Shown here: one piece after another, positions 41,698 through 52,075 of the stretch | Layout: every line of letters starts with the position of its first letter | Numbering within the stretch: the stretch's first letter is position 1 | Source: Perna viridis | Lineage: Eukaryota | Reading direction: 5' to 3' | DNA length: 64,000 bases | NCBI GenBank assembly: GCA_037379345.1 | Contig: CM074514.1 | Span: forward strand, 6,510,001-6,574,000 | Program-made: the position numbers and the translations under genes | The notes under the pieces: generated by a model | Seen by the model: the letters and a program-made list of their open reading frames with translations, nothing else | The model's database searches: none | Told to the model about the DNA's origin: nothing

Positions 41698-41832
41698 TTT
41701 GTGGTAGTGGGTGTCTGAGATGTAGCTCCTATGATGTCTGTACCGTCTGTGGACCTAACCAGATTGTATCTGATGGTATCTGTGTCCGACATTGTAAACC
41801 ATCACAATATATAGCTGGCAAACAGTGTAAAG
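41698..41832 (+). CDS. FRAS1: FRAS1 exon w16, furin-like repeat 7
   Basis: atttcag|...|gtatgc; CGSGCLRCSSYDVCTVC...CKPSQYIAGKQCK; phase 1-1. Confidence 0.92.
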
Positions 41833-43137
41833 GTATGCATTAGTTTTCAGAAACAAAATCTGTCAGATTTGCCATAATTTTGAATGATTGAAAGATCATA
41901 GGCAAGCATTTTAAGGTTAATGAAATCTGCTAAAATTCTTAAAAGTGACAAGAAAATTGTGTGAAACTTGACGGGCTTGATGTACTATGCAGTAACTTCT
42001 TATGGTATCTTTTTTCTCAACTGTCTGTGGTATAAGTTAGATTTCGATACAGTTGCTAAAGTGTCTATTTTGTAATCAAGTACAGCCCTGAAAATGAACT
42101 TTGTGAAGTCAGTATAGATATTGCTTAATATTTAGTAAGAAATGTTTTATTTGACAATTTATTCAAAACTTGGAAACTTTTGTGCAATATGGAGCCAAAA
42201 TAAGTCATTTTTATAATATTGATGAATAACACTTGGCCACATGTGTCAATAACTTAAATATTCCAACTATAAAAGCCTTTTGTATCAAGACATATTTTTA
42301 CCAAATATTTTGTTAGTTGTAGCATGTCCCCAAAATGTCCATATAATTTTATTAGAAATTTTTGTTGCATAGAATCAATAATTTGTTATGTCATTCTGAC
42401 GTATTAATGTTGTAACAACTTGGAAAGATTTTTTTTTCTCTGGGTTAAGTCATCTTTTTAACACAATTATATGCTAATAAGTCTTTTTAGTTGGAAGCTA
42501 ATATTTTCACTAAATAACAGGGCCAGAATCTGGAATAAAACCATAAACCCTTTTTATCATCTGAAGAAAATAATAATTTAAACTACTCATTACTAAAGGG
42601 GGATCAATTTATCTGGAGTTTTAAAAAGAGGTTTAGTAGTATTTACTGTACATGTTTAATTACTGTTTTCTATACTGAATCACATACTAACTGTTAAAAA
42701 ACTGCAATATCAATAGGTGTTATTCATAAATCTAGCTTTATTAGGTGTTATTTATATATCTAGCTTTTTTTGGGGACCAACTGGCATCTGTTGATTCTAA
42801 GAAAAAAATATTTTCGGTACTTCTATGTAAACATGTCCTTCATGAATATTATATGAATTAATGAATGTTTCAGTTGGGATTGAACTATATGACAATGTTT
42901 AAAAAAATGCTTAAAATTAAAATGAATTTTGCTGAGCTGCATCCATATACAACACAGGGTATTATTTACTTTTTTTTTTCAAGAAAAATGTTTTGTTTTT
43001 GTTTTCTGTTTGTTTGTTTTTTTTTGTGTGTCAAAAATAATTTGCTTTCTCCCTCTAATGTAACAAACTGAATTAGAATATGACTGGTTAATTTAAGTTT
43101 TTTTTTAACTTGAATCTGATATAATGTTTTCCAACAG

Positions 43138-43278
43138 ACTGTCCTGCTCATTGTATGGAGTGTATGTCTAATGAAGATTGTTCCCAGTGTGATGGACGTA
43201 CCTACCTGTTAAACAGACAATGTATACCAACCTGTGGAGCTGGATATTACCAAGATAACAAGTCAAGAAGATGTGAAA
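43138..43278 (+). CDS. FRAS1: FRAS1 exon w17, furin-like repeat 8
   Basis: ccaacag|...|gtaagg; CPAHCMECMSNEDCSQC...CGAGYYQDNKSRRCE; phase 1-1. Confidence 0.93.
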
Positions 43279-43649
43279 GTAAGGTCTTTACTGTAATATC
43301 CTGAAAACAAAAAGCATCAGTAAATTTAGAAAAATTCCTACTGTTTTTTCCTGCCAAGAGAGATAATACAAATTATGTAATAAACACTTTACAAATTTAC
43401 TCACTTTCTACAAACCCTTCTTTTTGTAAGTTTTTTTTTCTTGTGAGGATTCAGCTATTTTGTTTAAAAAAGTAAAATGAACAATATACTTTGGTACAGT
43501 AATATGACTTGGTATAAAGTAAAATAAGGCTTTCCATCAAATAAATAATGGCAAACATGGAAGGTCATCAAGGACCAAGGTGATCAAGGACCCCTTACTA
43601 CTGCTCTACAACACATGACATAAGTTAGTATGGGTTTGTATGTTTCCAG

Positions 43650-43928
43650 GAAATCAGGAAGCACCAAGAGTACAGCTGACTGGTCACATGGAGGTTGAAA
43701 AAGGCAATATTGTCAGTATACCTGAGTCATTGTTTAACCTTAATGACCTTGACACATCCGTTGATAATATCGTCATAGTGATGACCTCACCTCCATCTGG
43801 TGGAAACAACATTGTCAAGGTCAACAAAGGGAATGATATTATCTTGGAGGCAGGAGATGTGATCTTACCACAGGAACTAAGAGAGGGGAAGATTAGATTT
43901 CTCCAGAATTCTCCTGTTACCTCAGATA
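43650..43928 (+). CDS. FRAS1: FRAS1 exon w18, first CSPG repeat
   Basis: tttccag|...|gtaaga; NQEAPRVQLTG...ELREGKIRFLQNSPVTSD; phase 1-1. Confidence 0.93.
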
Positions 43929-44291
43929 GTAAGAACTTAACATATTCCCCATATGCAGTTGTATGGAAATAAATCCATTGATTTTCATAGGGTCGGATAT
44001 GACTATGAACTTTAAAAATAATCAGGCAGAACAAGATTTCACAGTGAATGAATCTCGAATTACCTTTTGATCAGAATAGGATGGGGAGTAAAAAATTAAA
44101 TATGTCAGACAAAAAATTAAAAATTTAAAAAAGCATTACTCCATTACATAAATTTACTTCATTTTTTTCAAGAAAAGTATCTATTATGTCAAGTTTTACT
44201 CCTGTATTTGTGTTTTGAGAACTTTCAACCATTTTGTTTGTAAATAGTATTTAAGTTTTCTTTATCTTCAATTAAGTTATTCTTTTTACAG

Positions 44292-44495
44292 TTAAGATAT
44301 CGTTTAAAGCCTTTGACAGACAGTTGTACAGTGATGAGAGAGTATTATATGTTCAAGTCATTAATCACAATGCTCCGCAACTGGTCAGGAATGAACTTGT
44401 TCTAGCAACTGTAGGGGAGACCACTCAGTTTACTGATCAGATAATAGAACTCAGATCTTTAAATCCTGTCAATACTATGATGAGTATAATAGAAG
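44292..44495 (+). CDS. FRAS1: FRAS1 exon w19, CSPG
   Basis: tttttacag|...|gtaggg; KISFKAFDRQLYSD...APQLVRNE...SIIE; phase 1-1. Confidence 0.93.
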
Positions 44496-44961
44496 GTAGG
44501 GTTATCTATGGTTCCTTAGAGTATTGTGATAGTTGACCAATTTTTTTTTTTTTTCATTTTAGGTAAAAATATTATGGTTTAAAAAAAATAACATATGAAT
44601 TTACTAAATATGTTTATAGTGTGTGCTATTTGTAGAGGAATGATACAATAATTTGTACACCTATCAATAAAATGTCTCTAGAATCAGATGGTAAATTTAA
44701 TCTGTAATTTTATATACCACTACTACTCAAATTTGGATAAATTATGTTTTATCTATCTTTAAACATGTATATTCACCTTTTCCAATACCTAAATTGATTT
44801 TATTTCTCTTCTTGTTAAGTGGGTTTATTGCCCATGGCAGGGCACCCTCATATATGAATCCATAGTTCAATAAATCCATGGAATTGCTTATGAGAATCTA
44901 TTAGTCTAAATCCCACCAAATGACTAGGTCATGGTCTATAAATATGTATTGATTATTTCAG

Positions 44962-45158
44962 GTCCTCTTCATGGACAGATAAATCAGCATGGAGGACAAC
45001 ATCCTGTAACGTCATTCTCGGTCCAGGATCTACATACTGGATCTATAGGGTACCAATTGAACCCTCATGTCATTGCAGATACTGACATGTGTTTGGTACA
45101 AGTTACAGATGGATATCATATTCTCAGTTTCATTGTCAATTTCCAAATTAGACAGAAA
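44962..45158 (+). CDS. FRAS1: FRAS1 exon w20, CSPG
   Basis: atttcag|...|gtaagt; PLHGQ...VQVTDGYH...FQIRQK; phase 1-0. Confidence 0.93.
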
Positions 45159-45794
45159 GTAAGTAGGGCTATGGTTCAGGAGCTATGGATGTTAATATAC
45201 TTAAAACAATATTACAGCAAAGTAAAAAAAATATTTTCTATACTGGGTATGATACGATACTTTGCTAATTTAAAGTTCATAGTGAGCACTGTAAGCAACC
45301 CAAGTGAGCTTATCCTATATGTATGTGTGTGGAAATAACATTCTTGAGATGGCCTATGTCAAAGTTATTAGCCAAACTGGATACAGTTTTCTTCAATGCA
45401 TTCCTTTTATTTGTTGTTCAAGTTATGATCCACTTAAACTAAAAAGGATATAGCTGGACCTTTATGTAAGAGTAAAAATGAGAATTCAATACTATTGAAG
45501 AATTTAATGTTACATATTGGCTAACTGAAGGAAATGAAACAAAAACTGTTTACAGGGAAGCTTCTCTACACTGAAGCCACGTTTGGGATTTTATGTTCGG
45601 ATTTGACAGATATATAGGTATCACAGGTATTACACAGACAGAAGTAGTCTAGGAATTGAGTGCTTTAAACAAGCTTTTTGTATTTTTAGTTTGGTTTTAA
45701 AAAGTGTTTTTATCAACAATACATTATTTCCTCTCACAAGTTCAAAAAGAAGGTTTTGTACTGAATGAATGATGTTTTTTTTTCTCTTCCTCAG

Positions 45795-45951
45795 GAGAAC
45801 AGATCACCACTGATTGTAAACAATGAGGTGGGCCATGTTTATTCCAAAGACATGCTACAAATATCTCCGAACTTACTGATGACTAAATCATTGTCTGATA
45901 GCAAAGACATTATCTATACACTGAGCCCTACATCTAATAATCCTCAGCATG
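45795..45951 (+). CDS. FRAS1: FRAS1 exon w21, CSPG; its 3' end seeds the 76-bp array
   Basis: ttcctcag|...|gtaaga; ENRSPLIVNN...DIIYTLSPTSNNPQH; phase 0-1. Only the first donor avoids a stop codon. Confidence 0.92.
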
Positions 45952-48322
45952 GTAAGAATAAAATCATTGTCTGATAGCAAAGACATTATCTATACACTGA
46001 GCCCTACATCTGATAATCCTCAGCATGGTAAGAATAAAATCATTGTCTGATAGCAAAGACATTATCTATACACTGAGCCCTACATCTGATAATCCTCAGC
46101 ATGGTAAGAATAAAATCATTGTCTGATAGCAAAGACATTATCTATACACTGAGCCCTACATCTGATAATCCTCAGCATGGTAAGAATAAAATCATTGTCT
46201 GATAGCAAAGACATTATCTATACACTGAGCCCTACATCTAATAATCCTCAGCATGGTAAGAATAAAATCATTGTCTGATAGCAAAGACATTATCTATACA
46301 CTGAGCCCTACATCTAATAATCCTCAGCATGGTAAGAATAAAATCATTGTCTGATAGCAAAGACATTATCTATACACTGAGCCCTACATCTAATAATCCT
46401 CAGCATGGTAAGAATAAAATCATTGTCTGATAGCAAAGACATTATCTATACACTGAGCCCTACATCTAATAATCCTCAGCATGGTAAGAATAAAATCATT
46501 GTCTGATAGCAAAGACATTATCTATACACTGAGCCCTACATCTAATAATCCTCAGCATGGTAAGAATAAAATCATTGTCTGATAGCAAAGACATTATCTA
46601 TACACTGAGCCCTACATCTAATAATCCTCAGCATGGTAAGAATAAAATCATTGTCTGATAGCAAAGACATTATCTATACACTGAGCCCTACATCTAATAA
46701 TCCTCAGCATGGTAAGAATAAAATCATTGTCTGATAGCAAAGACATTATCTATACACTGAGCCCTACATCTAATAATCCTCAGCATGGTAAGAATAAAAT
46801 CATTGTCTGATAGCAAAGACATTATCTATACACTGAGCCCTACATCTAATAATCCTCAGCATGGTAAGAATAAAATCATTGTCTGATAGCAAAGACATTA
46901 TCTATACACTGAGCCCTACATCTAATAATCCTCAGCATGGTAAGAATAAAATCATTGTCTGATAGCAAAGACATTATCTATACACTGAGCCCTACATCTA
47001 ATAATCCTCAGCATGGTAAGAATAAAATCATTGTCTGATAGCAAAGACATTATCTATACACTGAGCCCTACATCTGATAATCCTCAGCATGGTAAGAATA
47101 AAATCATTGTCTGATAGCAAAGACATTATCTATACACTGAGCCCTACATCTAATAATCCTCAGCATGGTAAGAATAAAATCATTGTCTGATAGCAAAGAC
47201 ATTATCTATACACTGAGCCCTACATCTAATAATCCTCAGCATGGTAAGAATAAAATCATTGTCTGATAGCAAAGACATTATCTATACACTGAGCCCTACA
47301 TCTAATAATCCTCAGCATGGTAAGAATAAAATCATTGTCTGATAGCAAAGACATTATCTATACACTGAGCCCTACATCTGATAATCCTCAGCATGGTAAG
47401 AATAAAATCATTGTCTGATAGCAAAGACATTATCTATACACTGAGCCCTACATCTAATAATCCTCAGCATGGTAAGAATAAAATCATTGTCTGATAGCAA
47501 AGACATTATCTATACACTGAGCCCTACATCTAATAATCCTCAGCATGGTAAGAATAAAATCATTGTCTGATAGCAAAGACATTATCTATACACTGAGCCC
47601 TACATCTGATAATCCTCAGCATGGTAAGAATAAAATCATTGTCTGATAGCAAAGACATTATCTATACACTGAGCCCTACATCTAATAATCCTCAGCATGG
47701 TAAGAATAAAATCATTGTCTGATAGCAAAGACATTATCTATACACTGAGCCCTACATCTAATAATCCTCAGCATGGTAAGAATAAAATCATTGTCTGATA
47801 GCAAAGACATTATCTATACACTGAGCCCTACATCTAATAATCCTCAGCATGGTAAGAATAAAATCATTGTCTGATAGCAAAGACATTATCTATACACTGA
47901 GCCCTACATCTGATAATCCTCAGCATGGTAAGAATAAAATCATTGTCTGATAGCAAAGACATTATCTATACACTGAGCCCTACATCTAATAATCCTCAGC
48001 ATGGTAAGAATAAAATCATTGTCTGATAGCAAAGACATTATCTATACACTGAGCCCTACATCTAATAATCCTCAGCATGGTAAGAATAAAATCATTGTCT
48101 GATAGCAAAGACATTATCTATACACTGAGCCCTACATCTGATAATCCTCAGCATGGTAAGAATAAAATCATTGTCTGATAGCAAAGACATTATCTATACA
48201 CTGAGCCCTACATCTAATAATCCTCAGCATGGTAAGAATAAAATCATTGTCTGATAGCAAAGACATTATCTATACACTGAGCCCTACATCTAATAATCCT
48301 CAGCATGGTAAGAATAAAATCA
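45885..48322 (+). repeat. Tandem array, 32 x 76 bp, made of the exon w21 3' end (67 nt) plus donor (9 nt)
   Basis: Unit AAATCATTGTCTGATAGCAAAGACATTATCTATACACTGAGCCCTACATCTRATAATCCTCAGCATG|GTAAGAATA. Register recurs at 45961, 47101 and 48241 (15 x 76 apart). Confidence 0.98.
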
Positions 48323-48604
48323 AAATTTGATAAAGCTTCTGGGGGAAAACATATATTTATGATATGTGTACCTAACAGTAGAGATCATGCCATTTGGAGT
48401 ACAATGCTATCTGTTTAAATCAATTTTTTTTGCTGACTCGTAAGGTTAACATTTTAGCTATACCATTAATCTTCTAATGTGTATTTGAAGTATAAATGAA
48501 ATTCCTTATTCTAATTATGTGTGCATATAATATACATATATTAGGTGAAGATATCCTACATGTTTACTATGTATAAATGTTGACATGATGTTTTATCTTG
48601 ACAG

Positions 48605-48783
48605 GAGAAATTCTGATGCTTGTCCCAATACCTTCCAATGGTGTTGGGAAAGGTTGGCAGGATATGGGAGATGGTCAAATGGCCGCTAAAATGTTCCAGT
48701 TTCTACAGAGGGATGTCAATGAAGGTAGAATATGGTACCATCATACTGGGACCAAGACATCATCTGATATTATCACTTTTGAG
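48605..48783 (+). CDS. FRAS1: FRAS1 exon w22, CSPG
   Basis: cttgacag|...|gtgtgt; EILMLVPIP...FLQRDVNEGRIWYHHTG...ITFE; phase 1-0. Confidence 0.93.
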
Positions 48784-49147
48784 GTGTGTTGGATAAAAAA
48801 TGTTTATGATTTTAAGATTTGCACCATATTTTATGATTTTTTAGGTTTTTTAGGGGCTGTTGAACAATGTTCTTATTTCTTTTGTTAGTTCAAAAAGATA
48901 TATCACTAAACCTACATTCCAATACTCAAGCTTGAAGAATGTTTCTCCATACCTATGTTTGCTTACAAAAAGCCAAAAAAATATATTACTTTTTTTATAG
49001 AACACCATATAACTGTAAGTTTCGACCTATCAGAACTTAAATTCATCTATTGGATTTGTAACTATCTAAACATTGTAGTTCTGATTGGTCAAATCTTTTC
49101 AAAGTACAATATCACCTAATAAAATATCAATTACTCTGTATTTTCAG

Positions 49148-49270
49148 GTGAAAGATTCTCACAAGCCACCAAATATCCTGAAGGAGCAAAGTTTCCATAT
49201 CAATATTATGGAGCCTCCACTTGATCAAGCAAGGCCATCAGTAGCTCCTGGTGTAAGACTGGAAATGTCG
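49148..49270 (+). CDS. FRAS1: FRAS1 exon w23, CSPG
   Basis: ttttcag|...|gtaaga; VKDSHKPPN...VRLEMS; phase 0-0. Confidence 0.92.
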
Positions 49271-49683
49271 GTAAGAATATTTATTAATTAAGATGTTATT
49301 TAATGACCAGTTTATATGCACAATTGTAAGTAAGTCATGACATCATAATATATATCCTTTAGTGCACAACTAAAGACTGATTGTGCACTTTTATCTTTTT
49401 ATGAATACAATGCCAAGCTTGTATCAACATGACAGTCTTTGATAGTTCTTGACTATGTAATTCCTTGATTTCACAATAACAGTCCTGAAACAAGTGTAAA
49501 TTACAGCATATCTGATATTGTTTTGGTGGATCAAAGGTGCTTTGAGCTTGAAGCTGCTGTAACTTTTTGGTCTTTAATATTGTTGGTGTTAATTTGTACA
49601 ATTGCTGCTGTTGGCAGTCACCAGTTTATACAATAGCTATTACAATGCATGTTGGTTTTTACAAATCTGTCTCTATTCTGTAG

Positions 49684-49939
49684 GTATATGAAGACCAAGT
49701 TGTACCTATTGGTATCTCAGACCTGGCATTTCATGACCCAGACACTCCTGAGGAGGAAATCATCTACACCATTACTAAGGGACTTAAATCAGGGGAAGGA
49801 ACTCTGGAGAATAAAAACTTTCCATTACAACCATTCTCACACTTTACACAAGCAGATTTAAAACACAATAAAATTGTGTATCACCCACCTAAAGTTGATG
49901 TTGGAAATAAAGAAAAAGAGGTTTTCTTCATTTTTACAG
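49684..49939 (+). CDS. FRAS1: FRAS1 exon w24, CSPG
   Basis: ttctgtag|...|gtaaaa; VYEDQVVPIG...DPDTPEEEIIYTIT...FTQADLKHNKIVYHPP...FIFT; phase 0-1. Confidence 0.93.
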
Positions 49940-50318
49940 GTAAAAGGGCCCAAAATCAATTTTAACTGAGCTTGTATTCCATTGGTTTGTGCATGAACAT
50001 TGTTTTCTTCTAAAAATATGGTATTGAATTATTATTTATAATGGTACAAATGTGTTACAGAAGTGGCATCATGACACTGTTACAGTGAAAACTTCACACC
50101 TATGACATGAAATGAAATAAGCTTTTTGATTACCAGTACTTCTTATGCTCCTAGAAAGCATAAATTCAACACATGAAGCACAGCAAATTGTATAAGTCAA
50201 CTGTTCTCATTTAACACTGATATGCACTGGTAATTTTCAAATTGTTTACTGGAATTATTTGTAATAATTGAGTTTGATAGAAAGCGACCATAATGGAAGA
50301 TTTCTTTTTTCTTCACAG

Positions 50319-50585
50319 TTTCTGATGGACGGGACACAAATGATATGACAGAGTACCAGTTCCTTATTCACATCCTTCCTGTCAACAATCTCCCTCCATT
50401 TTTCTCATCTCCGTCTGCTGTCATTAAGGTACCAGAGGGTGGTGTAATTAATATAGACAGATCCAATGTCATCTTGAGTGATGCTGACACACCTGTGACT
50501 GACCTTGTCATGACCTTGACTAAAACTCCAGTAAGGGGAGTTTTTGAGAAGGTTATGAAAAATTCTAAAGTTATACTTAGGAAAG
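50319..50585 (+). CDS. FRAS1: FRAS1 exon w25, CSPG
   Basis: cttcacag|...|gtaagt; SDGRD...ILPVNNLPP...DADTP...VILRK; phase 1-1. Confidence 0.93.
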
Positions 50586-50821
50586 GTAAGTTATCTCTTT
50601 TACCTAAAATACAATATATTTGATCAAATTATAAATCAAGAGATGTGGGCAAATTGACCATGAAGAAACTACCTGAATAGTAAAACTCTTTACCTGAATA
50701 ATTTTCCCCATTGAATTCATTGCGTTGAGTGTCAATTTATGTTACTGATATTTTTCAGGAATATCAATAACTCTAAAATTTATGTTGAAATTTCTATATA
50801 AAATTTAATTATTTATTTCAG

Positions 50822-51031
50822 GAGAAACATTTACATACAAGGAATTTTTGGATGGAGGATTTCGATACAGTCATGACAAAATAAACACCATCCCTTATGA
50901 TGCAATTGTACTCTCAGCTACAGATGGAAAATTTGATTCTCAGATGATACTTAACATTACAGTGACACAGGTTGATAAATCAGCCCCAATTTTACTGTCG
51001 TCTGCAGTCTGTAGACTTTATGTTAAAGAAG
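50822..51031 (+). CDS. FRAS1: FRAS1 exon w26, CSPG; its 3' end seeds the 68-bp array
   Basis: atttcag|...|gtaaga; ETFTYKEFLDGGFRYSHD...VDKSAPILLSSAVCRLYVKE; phase 1-1. Confidence 0.93.
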
Positions 51032-51785
51032 GTAAGACACAGTTAGGTCAGCTCCCATCTTACTGTCGTCTGCTGTCTGTAGACTTTATGTTAATGATGA
51101 GACACAGTTAGGACAGCTCCCATCTTGCTGTTGTCTGCTGTCTGTAGATTTTATGTTACAGAAGATAAGACACAGTTAGGACAGCTCCCATCTTACTGTC
51201 ATCTGCTGTCTGTAGACTATATGTTACAGAAGATAAGACAGTTAAGACAGCTCCCATCTTACTGTCGTCTGCTGTCTGTAGACTATATATTACAGAAGAT
51301 AAGACACAGTTAGGACTGCTCCCATCTTACTGTTGTCTGCTGTCTGTAGACTATATGTTACAAAAGATAAAACACAGTTAGGACAGCTCCCATCTTACTG
51401 TCATCTGCTGTCTGTAGACTATATGTTACAGAAGATAAGACACAGTTAAGACAGCTCCCATCTTACTGTCGTCTGCTGTCTGTAGACTATATGTTACAGA
51501 AGATAAGACACAGTTAGGACCGCTCCCATCTTACTGTTGTCTGCTGTCTGTAGACTATATGTTACAAAAGATGAGACACAGTTAGGACAGCTCCCATCTT
51601 ACTATCGTCTGCTGTCTGTAGACTTTATGGTAATGATGAAAAGACACAGACAGGACAGCTCCCATCTTACTGTCATCTGCTGTCTGTAGAATTTATGTTA
51701 ATGAAGGTAAAACACAGTTAAGACATCTCCCATCTTACTGTCGTCTGCTGTCTGTAGACTTTATTGTAATGAAGATAAGACACAA
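50981..51785 (+). repeat. Tandem array, 12 x ~68 bp, made of the exon w26 3' end plus donor
   Basis: Units start at about 50981, 51049, 51114, 51182, 51248, 51316, 51384, 51452, 51520, 51588, 51656, 51724. Confidence 0.96.
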
Positions 51786-52075
51786 TAAAGTGTAGTCAGA
51801 CAGTGAGTAGGTGGTAAATTGGAATCACCTTATCCATCTGTTAGTCATTCTGTCCATCAAAATTTCATCCAATTATCTCAACTGCAAATGGATTGATTGA
51901 AATAAATATTTTTGTGTAGATTTATTTTGAATTGGTATAAGTTGTAAGGAGTTTAGGTTGCTATCCCATACCAACTGTGGTGCACCACAATGAGTTCAAC
52001 CAATGTTGTGAATGATTTGGTTAGGAATGACATTTCCATGGTGTTTGGTGCATGTATTTCATTCTTCCCTAATAG

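Noticed and set aside
38157-43278. Proprotein convertase (PCSK5/furin) or R-spondin gene
   Set aside because: The furin-like exons splice in phase between the VWC and CSPG exons, and there is no subtilase domain.
43684-44034. Antisense ORFs (also 58756-58950 and 59435-59789)
   Set aside because: Shadows of the FRAS1 exons on the opposite strand.
45885-48322. CRISPR-like array
   Set aside because: Head-to-tail identical units with no unique spacers, no cas genes, and a eukaryotic intron context.
45952-48322. Cluster of mutually exclusive duplicated exons (Dscam-like)
   Set aside because: Units lack the exon's acceptor and 5' half, are 76 nt (frame-shifting), and read-through hits a stop.
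51125-51313. Repetitive peptide ORF (likewise 22416-22616 and 31852-32121)
   Set aside because: Translations of minisatellite units.
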